From Methanobacteriota archaeon (GTDB taxonomy: Archaea > Thermoplasmatota > E2 > JACPAO01 > JAHWKR01): 64,000 nt of DNA. The DNA is taken from NCBI GenBank assembly GCA_019347805.1, contig JAHWKR010000012.1, positions 4,473 through 68,472 of the forward strand, in the 5' to 3' direction. A model generated the notes under the pieces. The model searched no databases and had not been told where the DNA came from. It was given only the letters and a program-made list of their open reading frames with translations. Positions 27,991-36,887 of the stretch are shown here, piece by piece (position 1 is the first letter of the stretch; each line of letters starts with the position of its first letter). A program made the translations under genes and the position numbers.

Positions 27991-28449
27991 ATGATCGGAA
28001 CGCCGAAGGGAGAACAGGATGTGCCGCGCGCGGTGACCCTCGGGTCCGCGGAGGACCGGCTCGTCGAGACGGCGTTCAGCCTCAGTTCGCCCCGCCGGGC
28101 GGCGCTCCTCAAGGAGCTCATGGCGGCGACGGGACCGCTCACCGTCGACGAACTGTCCGAGCGTGTCGGGACACCGGAATCGGACCTGGTGAAGCATCTT
28201 GAGGCGCTCTGCGCTGCGGGGCTCGCCGAGGAGGGCCGAAAGGGTCTCAGGCGCAAGCGTGTCTACCACACGACCCTTTCGGAGGTGGAGATCCGGTTCT
28301 TCGGTAGTGACAAACCGGAGGCGAGTCGCGAGCGCACGAACCGCATCGTCGAGCGCGGGGCGCGCGAGCAGACGCGTCGGAAGCGGCGCCTGGAGAAGCG
28401 CGAGGCGCAGATCGAGCGCCGGCGAGCGAAGCTCGATGACGACGGCTAG
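27991..28449 (+). CDS. ArsR-like winged-HTH protein with basic coiled-coil C-terminus
   Basis: LSSPRRAALLKEL..LTVDELSERVG..LVKHLEALCAAGL; R/K/E-rich tail. Confidence 0.75.
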   Translation: MIGTPKGEQDVPRAVTLGSAEDRLVETAFSLSSPRRAALLKELMAATGPLTVDELSERVGTPESDLVKHLEALCAAGLAEEGRKGLRRKRVYHTTLSEVEIRFFGSDKPEASRERTNRIVERGAREQTRRKRRLEKREAQIERRRAKLDDDG

Positions 28450-28527
28450 TTGAAACGTAGTGCTGTATTCATGACAGCGACTCCTTGTTGGCAAATAAGT
28501 AGTTCTTTCTACGATATAGAACTCTGT

Positions 28528-29559
28528 CTAGACGCGTCTTTTCCGACCACCGTCTTTCTGTAATGGCTCATAGTCGAAGCCATTCCATAATGCACCCGGG
28601 CGGAAAATTTGGTATTGGTTCTTGCCTTCCTGGTAAGTTCGTCCATTCTGCGTCCCCCCCTTTCCGGCTGTTGGGAACCTGCCAACGGCACCGCGAACAT
28701 AATCTTCAACCAACTCAGCGCAGAGCCATTTACGGTTGAGTCGGTGACTCACCTCACCGGTCACACAGCTTCCTGCAAACGGATCAAGAACAAAGTCGCC
28801 AACATCTGTGAGCATCCGGATGAACATTTCAGGAAGGTCGGCCGGAAACCGAGCCGGATGTGGTTCAATTCCTTGTTCCTTGCAATACCGTAAATATGAG
28901 CTGTTGCTCTCAGTATTCGCCAGAGCAATCAAGTTAGGTGGAATCGAAGCGCCATTGTCGCGGTCGAATTTGGTACTGATTTCATGACCGGAAGGACGCT
29001 TCATCGACTTGTAACCGTTTTCGAGGAGGTCTTTCATGCTTTGGCTGTAAGGTTGAAGGACCCGTCTGTTGTCTGAACGGGGCCACGGCGATGGAGAAAG
29101 CCACCATACGCAGTTCACCGCATCCTTTACACGCACCCGGCGGATATTGACCCACTCAGCCGGCGTGGGAAGTTTCGACGGGTTCCACCAATAGAACTCC
29201 TGTGCAAGATGGAATCCAAACTCCTCACAGAGCATGATAAGAAGTTTGAAGTGGTACAGACTACGGGTTGGTTGACCTGGAATCCAAGAACCACCGATAT
29301 CGATGACTAGACTCCCTTGGTCATCGAGTACCCGGCGAAACTCTTTCGCGAAGGGGCGGAACCAGTCCAGATATTCCTCAGCCGGCGGATTCCCGTATTC
29401 CTTTTTGCGGACAAGCCCAAACGGTGGACTCGTCATGATCAGGTTAACGCTCTTGTCTTTGACCCGGGTTCGGAGCACATCGAGAGAATCGCCGACGTAG
29501 ATTCGGCCCGATTTTGTTCGATGGTACATTCGGGGCCTCGTCAGGCGAGCTTGAGTCAT
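28528..29559 (-). CDS. Site-specific DNA methyltransferase, beta class (N4-cytosine/N6 type, PvuII-like)
   Basis: TSPPF (motif IV) precedes HPARFP and LDPFAGS (motif I); low GC. Confidence 0.92.
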   Translation of the reverse strand: MTQARLTRPRMYHRTKSGRIYVGDSLDVLRTRVKDKSVNLIMTSPPFGLVRKKEYGNPPAEEYLDWFRPFAKEFRRVLDDQGSLVIDIGGSWIPGQPTRSLYHFKLLIMLCEEFGFHLAQEFYWWNPSKLPTPAEWVNIRRVRVKDAVNCVWWLSPSPWPRSDNRRVLQPYSQSMKDLLENGYKSMKRPSGHEISTKFDRDNGASIPPNLIALANTESNSSYLRYCKEQGIEPHPARFPADLPEMFIRMLTDVGDFVLDPFAGSCVTGEVSHRLNRKWLCAELVEDYVRGAVGRFPTAGKGGTQNGRTYQEGKNQYQIFRPGALWNGFDYEPLQKDGGRKRRV

Positions 29560-30938
29560 CCCTTGTCCTCCTTCATTTGGAGCGCTTTCAGTTTAGATGC
29601 GTGTATTGCTTCCCTATGAAAAGCGTCGACAATCGTGGCAGGAGAATCTTTGATGCGTTCAAGGTCTGCACCATTGAGCATAACGATACAAAGATTGGTG
29701 TCCCCCATGACCTTATTGGCGAACTTCTTGGCCTCCGGACCAATTTCCCCTGTTGTAACCATAACTATCACGTTGCTCTTCAGGGAATGCGTCAGTCCGA
29801 CTTCTTTGGCTACGTCATCGAGACTAACCTTCGCTGTGTTCTTGCACTGGATCTGCCACCGTGAAAAGACGAGTCTTTCTGCTTCGAAAATCAAATCTAC
29901 TTCAGCGCCACCTGTTTCGGCCCCCCGCAGACGGGTTGCCACATAATTCATATCAAGCAGCCGCATCAACTTGAACGCCAACGCCTCAAGCGCCAGACCT
30001 CCTTTGTGGTGATCTTTGGACTTCAACTCACGCAGAATTTCGCTCAGCGGCCTCCTGAGCAAACGGCGTAAACCAGGTGCCACCTGCTTCTCGATCTGGT
30101 CGAGGATAGGTAGAACGACATCCTTCTCCAATTTCCGCGTACGGCTTACAAGGAATGGTTTGGCACCACGTCCGGCCTGTCTCGTACCACGTTCTAGTTC
30201 AATATAACCGATCTTTTCCAAAGGATATAGGATGTCTTTGGGTAGGTTCTTCTCATTGAAGACCACGCCGTATGTTGCAGATGCCAATCTTTCGATTTCG
30301 TTCGACGGGAACGGGCCTTCTTCACCTATGTTGACCAACGTCTTCACGTACGCGATCTGTTCGCTCGTCAATTCCGCCAGCGCTTCCAGTTCCACTTCCG
30401 TAATGCCGGCCAGTTTCTCAAAGCGCTCAATGTCGACTTGCCACTCGGAGGAGAAGACACCAGCTTTTTGAAGCCACAACTTCATGATGCTAGGGTGCTT
30501 CCCCCCTCTGGGGAAATGTATTCCACGTTCGTCGAGCCAAATCCGGAGCTTTTGGAGCGTGACAGTCTCACCCGCTACCTGCATATCGAGCACACACTGG
30601 ACAAGATTCACACCATGTAGGTGATGCAAGATGTGCTGTGCCAATCGCTCATGCAGACGATTCTTCTCCTCGCGGAGTTCGTAAAGCTCTCTGCCGAGCT
30701 TGGTCAGGTGTCCTTCCTTGTCGATCAAGCCATAGGCTTGCATCCCAAGTTTGGTGTTGTTGGCGAGTTTGCGTTGATTTCTAACGCTGGTTTTGTGGCT
30801 CTCAAAATACTCGGTTCGCACGGCGTCCTCGAATGCCCGCCAGTCGCCGTCGTGTTGGGCGGCCAGCTCAAGGACTTTTTGAAGATCCACTTGAGAGGGT
30901 GAGAATTCGCTTCCGAATGGCAGAGTGCTCTTTGGCAT
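29556..30938 (-). CDS. Restriction endonuclease with C-terminal Mrr-like PD-(D/E)XK domain
   Basis: GLALEALA...GGAEVDLI...IQCKN; ATGA-coupled to the MTase; low GC. Confidence 0.85.
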   Translation of the reverse strand: MPKSTLPFGSEFSPSQVDLQKVLELAAQHDGDWRAFEDAVRTEYFESHKTSVRNQRKLANNTKLGMQAYGLIDKEGHLTKLGRELYELREEKNRLHERLAQHILHHLHGVNLVQCVLDMQVAGETVTLQKLRIWLDERGIHFPRGGKHPSIMKLWLQKAGVFSSEWQVDIERFEKLAGITEVELEALAELTSEQIAYVKTLVNIGEEGPFPSNEIERLASATYGVVFNEKNLPKDILYPLEKIGYIELERGTRQAGRGAKPFLVSRTRKLEKDVVLPILDQIEKQVAPGLRRLLRRPLSEILRELKSKDHHKGGLALEALAFKLMRLLDMNYVATRLRGAETGGAEVDLIFEAERLVFSRWQIQCKNTAKVSLDDVAKEVGLTHSLKSNVIVMVTTGEIGPEAKKFANKVMGDTNLCIVMLNGADLERIKDSPATIVDAFHREAIHASKLKALQMKEDKG

Positions 30939-31191
30939 GATTTACCTGGGCAAGTTTCGATCTGGCGTTGCTACATGCAGCCGATTTTAGCGAGTCCCCC
31001 ATTGTCAGGCACTCGTAGACCGGGCAGCGTCGCTTGGCATCTCCATCCTCAAAACGCGGCACAGCAGATACAGTATTTAAGCAGCCCGGGGGGATGGGCG
31101 AAAGTACTCGCGAGCTTCTATCCCCGAGGAGAGCCCGACCAAAAATCATGGGTCCCACAACGACTTAGACGCCCCCCTCTTTCGCCCCGCC

Positions 31192-32331
31192 GTGGCCCTT
31201 CCCGAGCCGTTCGACCGCGTCCGCCGCACGATCCCCGCGGCGCATCGCCACACCTATCTGAACACGGCGGCGACGAGCCCGCTTCCGGACGCGGTGCGGG
31301 AAGCGGTCGCGGCGAGCATGCAGCGCCGGGCGTGGGACGGGGACCTGGTCTTCGATGACGCCTGCGCCGACGTGGACGCGACACGTGCCCTCGTCGGACA
31401 GCATCTCGGTGTCGAAGCGGACGGCATCGCCTTCATGAAGAACACGGGCGAGGGCATCAATCATGTCGCGAGGAGCCTGGACTATCTCGAAGGCGCGAAC
31501 GTCGTCACCACATCCCTCGAGTTCCCTTCCAACCTCCTGCCGTGGACCGCGCTCAGGAAACAAGGTGTCGAGGTGCGCGTCGTCGAACCCGACGACGACG
31601 GACTCGGCGTGACACCGGAGCGGATGGCGGAGCATGTCGACCGCGACACGACGCTGGTGGCGGTCTCCTGGGTCACTTTCCAGACCGGCTATCGGCATGA
31701 TGTCGACGCCTTTGGCCGCATCGCGCACGACCATGGCGCGCTGATGCTGGTGGACGGCATCCAAGGCCTGGGTGCTCTCTGTCCTCCGCGCATGGACCAC
31801 ATCGATTTCTTCGCGAACGGGGGCCACAAATGGTTGATGGCCCCGTTCGGGGTCGGCTTCCTCTATGTCCGGCCGGAGCTCGCCCGCACACTGGTCCCGG
31901 ACCATGTGGGTTGGTGGAGCCTGGCGGACACCGACACCTACGACCCTGACAACGTCACCCTCGCAGGCTCTGCGCGCCGCTTCGAGATCGGCAACCTGAA
32001 CTTCCCGGTCATCGCGGGCCTCGACGCGGCGTTCCGCATCATGCCGGACATCGAGGACGTCGAGCGGCGCATCCTCTACCTCACGACGCGCCTCATGCGG
32101 GGGCTCGTCCGCCACGGCCGGCTCGCGTCGCCGGTGGCGCTCGAAAAACGTTCCGGGATCGTCAACCTCGCCACACCGGACGCAAAGGCGCTCCACGCAC
32201 GGCTCGCCAAAGACGGCATCATCGCAAGCCTGCGCGGCGGGGGCGTGCGCTTCTCACCGCACTATTGGAACACGGAAGAAGAGCTCGAGAAGGTCCTCGC
32301 GCTCTTCGAGGGCACCCTCCAGGCGTCGTAG
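31192..32331 (+). CDS. Class V PLP aminotransferase / C-S lyase-like
   Basis: YLNTAATSP, NTGEGI, EFPSN, DGIQGLG, GGHKWLMAP; lacks the C-terminal catalytic Cys of IscS/SufS. Confidence 0.88.
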   Translation: MALPEPFDRVRRTIPAAHRHTYLNTAATSPLPDAVREAVAASMQRRAWDGDLVFDDACADVDATRALVGQHLGVEADGIAFMKNTGEGINHVARSLDYLEGANVVTTSLEFPSNLLPWTALRKQGVEVRVVEPDDDGLGVTPERMAEHVDRDTTLVAVSWVTFQTGYRHDVDAFGRIAHDHGALMLVDGIQGLGALCPPRMDHIDFFANGGHKWLMAPFGVGFLYVRPELARTLVPDHVGWWSLADTDTYDPDNVTLAGSARRFEIGNLNFPVIAGLDAAFRIMPDIEDVERRILYLTTRLMRGLVRHGRLASPVALEKRSGIVNLATPDAKALHARLAKDGIIASLRGGGVRFSPHYWNTEEELEKVLALFEGTLQAS

Positions 32332-32376
32332 GGACGGAGCGACAAGGCTTTGGGCGGCCTCCGGGAGTGACGCCTC

Positions 32377-33042
32377 ATGCAGATCGGGGTACCGCTCGTC
32401 TCGGGGACCGACCCGGTCCCGCTCGCGTTCCTGGACCGTCTCGCCGCCCAGGCGTCGGCCGAGTTCGCATTGCGGGGCGACCCGCGCCAGGTGCGCATCG
32501 TGCGGCTTGCCGCCGAGCCCGACGCCGTACGGCTCTGGGGCGGCGCCCGTGTACGACCCGATGCGCTCTACCGCGAGCGCCCCGGGCTCGATGTCCTGGT
32601 GGCGATCGGGCCGCCGGAACCTGGAGCCACCGACCCGCGGGACGAGGAAGCGGTCCTCGCCTACATCAAGGCGTCCCGCAACGACCTGCAACATCTGGTC
32701 GCGACCGGTGCCGGCGTCGCGTGGCTGCTTGAGGCGGGCCTCGCGGTCGGTCGTCGTGTCGTGGTCAACCATCTGCCACCCGCCGTACGCGCCCGCTATG
32801 ACGCGGCACTCTCGGCGCACACGGACCCGGCCCGCGACGGAGATCTGTGGACGGCGAGCGACCCACCGCGTTTTCTCTTGCTCCTTCTCGAGGTGCTGCG
32901 CATGCTGGGGGGCCTGGAACTTCAGGAGCATGTCGAGATGCGCGTGCCGTGGGTCGGGACGCTGCGCCGTGCCCTGGAACCGGAGGCGCGTGGCGATGCG
33001 GACGACGAGGAGGAGGGGCTCGCGGTCGAGGAGGACGCGTGA
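32377..33042 (+). CDS. DJ-1/PfpI-like protein lacking the nucleophile Cys
   Basis: DVLVAIG, VATGAGVAWLLEAGLAVGRRV, DGDLWTA pattern; no Cys in the protein. Confidence 0.6.
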   Translation: MQIGVPLVSGTDPVPLAFLDRLAAQASAEFALRGDPRQVRIVRLAAEPDAVRLWGGARVRPDALYRERPGLDVLVAIGPPEPGATDPRDEEAVLAYIKASRNDLQHLVATGAGVAWLLEAGLAVGRRVVVNHLPPAVRARYDAALSAHTDPARDGDLWTASDPPRFLLLLLEVLRMLGGLELQEHVEMRVPWVGTLRRALEPEARGDADDEEEGLAVEEDA

Positions 33043-33842
33043 GCCGCGCGTCCTGGGTGCCGGGCGTCTGGGTCTTCGAATGGTCGGATGCGGTGACGTC
33101 GACGAACGACGTCGCCAAGGAGCGGGCGCGCAGCGACGCCCCGTCGGGGCTGGTCGTCGGTGCACGTCGTCAGACCGGCGGTCGCGGCCGCGGTGGTCAC
33201 ACCTGGACCAGCCCGGAGGGGGGCCTCTATTGTTCCATCGTCCTGCGCGACATACCCCCTGAGGTCGCTCCGCTCTTGCCGCTCGCCACCACCGTGGCGC
33301 TCGCCGAGGCCATCGACCGGTTCGCCCTCCTGCTCCGTGTCTGGGTCAAGTGGCCGAACGACCTCCTCGTCGGCGCGGTGGACGCCGAACGGCCGGAAGG
33401 GAAGGCGGCCGGGGTGCTCGTCGAGTCGGCCTCGGAAGGTGCCCGGGTGACCTGGGCGGTGGTCGGTCTCGGGCTCGACCTGGCGGTCCCGGAAGTGGCG
33501 CTCCCGGCCACAGAACCCCCGGCACGGAGCCTTGTGCAGTATGACCCGGACGTCCCGCATACGGAACAGTTCATGGCGACGTTCCTGGACCGCTTCGGTG
33601 CGATGCTCGATGTCGCGGCGCTGGACCCGCAGGCCATCATACGCTTGGCCGAGAGGCGGCTCGCCTACCGTGGCGAACCGGTCGTCGTGGTCGTGGAGGC
33701 GTCCGAGAACAAGCCCGCGCGGTTTGTCGAAGGGACACTGGATGGGCTCGAGCCGGACGGCCGTCTCCGCCTCGACACCCCTGCCGGTCCCGTCCGTTTT
33801 GCGGCCTGGGAGGCCTCGGCCCTTCGCCCTTCGGCGCCGTGA
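33039..33842 (+). CDS. birA: Biotin--protein ligase
   Basis: STND, QTGGRGRGG..WTSPEGGLY, VKWPND, KAAGVLVE; GTGA overlap. Confidence 0.9.
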   Translation: MSRASWVPGVWVFEWSDAVTSTNDVAKERARSDAPSGLVVGARRQTGGRGRGGHTWTSPEGGLYCSIVLRDIPPEVAPLLPLATTVALAEAIDRFALLLRVWVKWPNDLLVGAVDAERPEGKAAGVLVESASEGARVTWAVVGLGLDLAVPEVALPATEPPARSLVQYDPDVPHTEQFMATFLDRFGAMLDVAALDPQAIIRLAERRLAYRGEPVVVVVEASENKPARFVEGTLDGLEPDGRLRLDTPAGPVRFAAWEASALRPSAP

Positions 33843-33972
33843 GCCGCCGGTCCTGTCTGTCCGTCTGTCTTACCAATAACGTTAAGCATGTGCTGGGTTC
33901 AGTCCAGTCGGTCCCGAGTCCACCCCCTGGTCACCTTCCAGGACGGTCTGCGGGTGTCGCCTGGTGGATCCA

Positions 33973-35571
33973 ATGAAGTCGCTCCGCGTCCTTGTCATCC
34001 TGCTCGCCCTTCTGGCCGTTCCGCTCTCGGGTTGCCTGACACAACTCTTCGACGACGGGCCGGTGACCCAGAGCGTCCTTGCGCGCAAGGTCTCCATCGT
34101 CCTCGACGAGAACACCTTCGACGACATGGACACGAGGTTCGAGGATGTCGTCCGCACCCGCTTCGAGTACACCCATCCTGGCGGCGACACGTCGGTCGTG
34201 GGCCTGCAGGTGCGTTACACCGATGACACAGGGACGGACCGCGTGCGACCGCTTTCCGAGTTCACCGCCAAGTCCACGCTCACGGAGGGCGATGTGGTCA
34301 CCATCGACCGGGTCAACATCACGAGCGACCTCGTCATCGAACAGGACGGCGCGGTGCTCGCGGAACGGCTCGGTCTGCGCCGGGCCTGGCTCGAGATCGA
34401 TGGTACCCCGATCCCGCTCCACACTTCAGAGACCGGCACGGCGGTCTGGTCGCTCACCGGCACGTCGGGCTTCAAGTTCGATGTCAAGGATGTCGACTTG
34501 GGCGAGTCCGGCCGCGTCGAGTACGCCAAGGGCGATTTCTCGGGCACGTCCGACGGCACGTTCAGCGCCGCGACGACCAGAAGCGGCAGCAGCACGGACA
34601 TCAACTACGAGACCAAGATCAAGGGTCTGTTCGATGCGTTCGCCGACAGCCGCATCCATTCCGATGGCGAGACGATCGAGACCGGTTTCGACATCGACGC
34701 CGAGAGCCGCCTCGACGGCACCTGGCTGATGGGCTTCCGCGATCGGGCGCTCTCCCGCACGGGTGGCGGCGGCTCCGTCTTCGCCGACGGCACGGTCCAC
34801 GTCTGGGACCCGGAACATCCGAAGAGCATGGGCTGGGAACCAGAGGACGTCGAGCACCCGTTCATCGACGAGAAGGAGCCGTTCCGGGAGGAATCGTATG
34901 AGACCGATCCCTACATGGAGGCCGACCAGGAGTACCTCGCCTTCATGGAGCGCCTCTGGGGCATGACCCTCGATGTCGGTGACGACTTCCGCTTCACCGC
35001 GTCCTACGACGACGCCGGCACGGGCTTCCTCTTCGAGGTCGTCATCCAGGTGACGGAACGCGTCGCCCGCAACGTCGGCTTCGGCAATGTCGACACGTTC
35101 CGCGTCCACGAGACGATGCGGTTCGAGGCGAGCGGGTCGTCCTACGGCTCCGGCTCCTATGACCTCGCCAGTTTCACCACCTGGCTCGACACCCGTACCT
35201 ATCTGCCGGTCCACGCGCAGGTCGCCTACACGACGACCTACGACGAGGAACAGATCCGTGCCTTCTACGGCGCGTTCGAGGATGACCTTCCCTACGACCT
35301 GCCGGAGGACCTCCTCTTGGCCATCAACAGCGAGGCGGTGCTACGGCTCGAGGAATATTCGGGTGACCTCGCCGTCTCACCGCTCTTGGGCATCACCGGT
35401 CTCTCCGGCCCGCTGATGATGATGGGCGCCGGGATGGGCATGGGGATGATGGGCGGCCCGTACGGGGACGAGACCTATTACGAAGACGAGGCGTACGTCC
35501 ACGACGACGAGTGGGAAGAGGGACCGTCCGATTGCTATTGGGACGAGAACGGCGACTACGTCTGTCCCTAG
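33973..35571 (+). CDS. Large lipoprotein, beta-rich, with Met/Gly stretch and acidic Cys-containing tail
   Basis: MKSLRVLVILLALLAVPLSGC lipobox; C-terminal MMMGAGMGMGMMGG and CYWDENGDYVCP. Confidence 0.8.
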   Translation: MKSLRVLVILLALLAVPLSGCLTQLFDDGPVTQSVLARKVSIVLDENTFDDMDTRFEDVVRTRFEYTHPGGDTSVVGLQVRYTDDTGTDRVRPLSEFTAKSTLTEGDVVTIDRVNITSDLVIEQDGAVLAERLGLRRAWLEIDGTPIPLHTSETGTAVWSLTGTSGFKFDVKDVDLGESGRVEYAKGDFSGTSDGTFSAATTRSGSSTDINYETKIKGLFDAFADSRIHSDGETIETGFDIDAESRLDGTWLMGFRDRALSRTGGGGSVFADGTVHVWDPEHPKSMGWEPEDVEHPFIDEKEPFREESYETDPYMEADQEYLAFMERLWGMTLDVGDDFRFTASYDDAGTGFLFEVVIQVTERVARNVGFGNVDTFRVHETMRFEASGSSYGSGSYDLASFTTWLDTRTYLPVHAQVAYTTTYDEEQIRAFYGAFEDDLPYDLPEDLLLAINSEAVLRLEEYSGDLAVSPLLGITGLSGPLMMMGAGMGMGMMGGPYGDETYYEDEAYVHDDEWEEGPSDCYWDENGDYVCP

Positions 35572-35574
35572 GTC

Positions 35575-36828
35575 CTATGCGCCCCGCATCCCGTCGAGGA
35601 TGTTGAGCCGCGACAGGCGCCGTCCGGTCGCCCACACGGAGGCGACCGACGCCAACGCCACCGCCACACCGACGAGGAGGAAGGCGAGCGGGCGCACCGC
35701 CCAGGGGATGGTGAGCCGTGCTTCGGTAGTCATCACCGGGATGGGTGGTGCAAGGAGCCCCAGAAGCCCGGTGACGAGCCCGGCGGCGAGCGCGCCTGCG
35801 AGGACGCAGCCGACAAGGAGGAGTGTGTATGCGGCGACCACGGTACGGACCGGGATGCCGATCGCGCGCAGCGACGAGACGATGGGTCCGTCACCGCGCA
35901 CAAGGACGCCGGTCTCGTGGACGAGCCAGACCAGGAGCACCGCAAGGAAGACGGCGAGCGTCAGGGCGCCGGCGGCATAGGCCAAGACGAGCACGCCGCC
36001 GATGTAGTCGAAGGCGAACGCTTCCGAGGTGCGGGTCTCGGTCTCGGGGTCCAATCGGTGGGCGACGGCGGCCGCGCGTTCGATGTCGCCGCCGGAGACG
36101 ACGAAGGTGTTCGCGACCGCGTCCTTCTCGTTGTGGCCAAGGAGCAGGCGAGCGGCCTCGATGGGGACGAAGGCGGTGAACTTGTCCAGAGGCTCAAGAC
36201 CTGTGTCGAAGACGCCGACGACGACCACCTGCAACGTGATGGGCAACGAGCCGGGGCCGCTCTGGAGGTGTCCGCTTGTGAGGGTGAGCGGGTCACTGAA
36301 GACCGGCGATTCGTCCTGGGGGAGGGTGAGGTTGAGCCGCCCGACGGTCGGCTTGCCGATGAGGATCGGGGTGTAGGCCCGCCCCGTGTCGGGGGCGAAG
36401 ACCTCCCGACCCGAGAGCCGCTCGCCCCATTCCATGTATCGCTCGATGCGACCCGCCTCTTCCGGGTCCTGGGGATCGATCCCGACCAGGAGGCCCGCGG
36501 AGTTGTCGGCGAAGCTCTCGCCGCGCACGGTGATGAAGGTCGATTCGAGGCGCACGGAGACGGTCCCGCCGGCACCGCGAAGTTCTTGCGCCACCGCTTT
36601 CGGATCGTCCCAGCTTTTTCCGGCGCCGAGATCCGCCGTGCCGCGGGTGACACGCAGGTCGCCCGAGACGGTCGCCGCAAGGGGCGCGGTGATGGCCTCC
36701 CGTGTGCCTTCGACGACGGAGACGAGACCGAAGAAGCCGAACAGGCCGATGGCGAAGACCGTGGCAAGGAGCAGGTAGCGCCTGCTGCGGGCCCGGAACT
36801 GGCCGCGCGCAAGGAGCCGGACGACCAC
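35575..36828 (-). CDS. FtsX/MacB-family (LolC/E-like) ABC permease
   Basis: N-terminal TM, large extracellular loop with GLLVGIDP and VVGVFDTGLEPLDKFTAFVPIEAARLLLG, then 3 TMs with SLRAIG; GTG start inferred. Confidence 0.85.
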   Translation of the reverse strand: MVVRLLARGQFRARSRRYLLLATVFAIGLFGFFGLVSVVEGTREAITAPLAATVSGDLRVTRGTADLGAGKSWDDPKAVAQELRGAGGTVSVRLESTFITVRGESFADNSAGLLVGIDPQDPEEAGRIERYMEWGERLSGREVFAPDTGRAYTPILIGKPTVGRLNLTLPQDESPVFSDPLTLTSGHLQSGPGSLPITLQVVVVGVFDTGLEPLDKFTAFVPIEAARLLLGHNEKDAVANTFVVSGGDIERAAAVAHRLDPETETRTSEAFAFDYIGGVLVLAYAAGALTLAVFLAVLLVWLVHETGVLVRGDGPIVSSLRAIGIPVRTVVAAYTLLLVGCVLAGALAAGLVTGLLGLLAPPIPVMTTEARLTIPWAVRPLAFLLVGVAVALASVASVWATGRRLSRLNILDGMRGA

Positions 36829-36850
36829 GGGGGCGGGACCGGGCGGTGCC

Positions 36851-36866
36851 ATAAAGTATCTCTTGA
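36851..36866. promoter_or_regulatory. Shared AT-rich core of a bidirectional promoter (permease / ATPase)
   Basis: ATAAAGTATCTCTTGA is the only AT-rich patch between the two divergent genes; reads TTTATG on the minus strand. Confidence 0.5.
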
Positions 36867-36887
36867 AGGCCCCCGCTCGGGGCGGCC

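Noticed and set aside
31192-32331. Cysteine desulfurase (IscS/SufS) call
   Set aside because: C-terminal catalytic Cys motif is absent.
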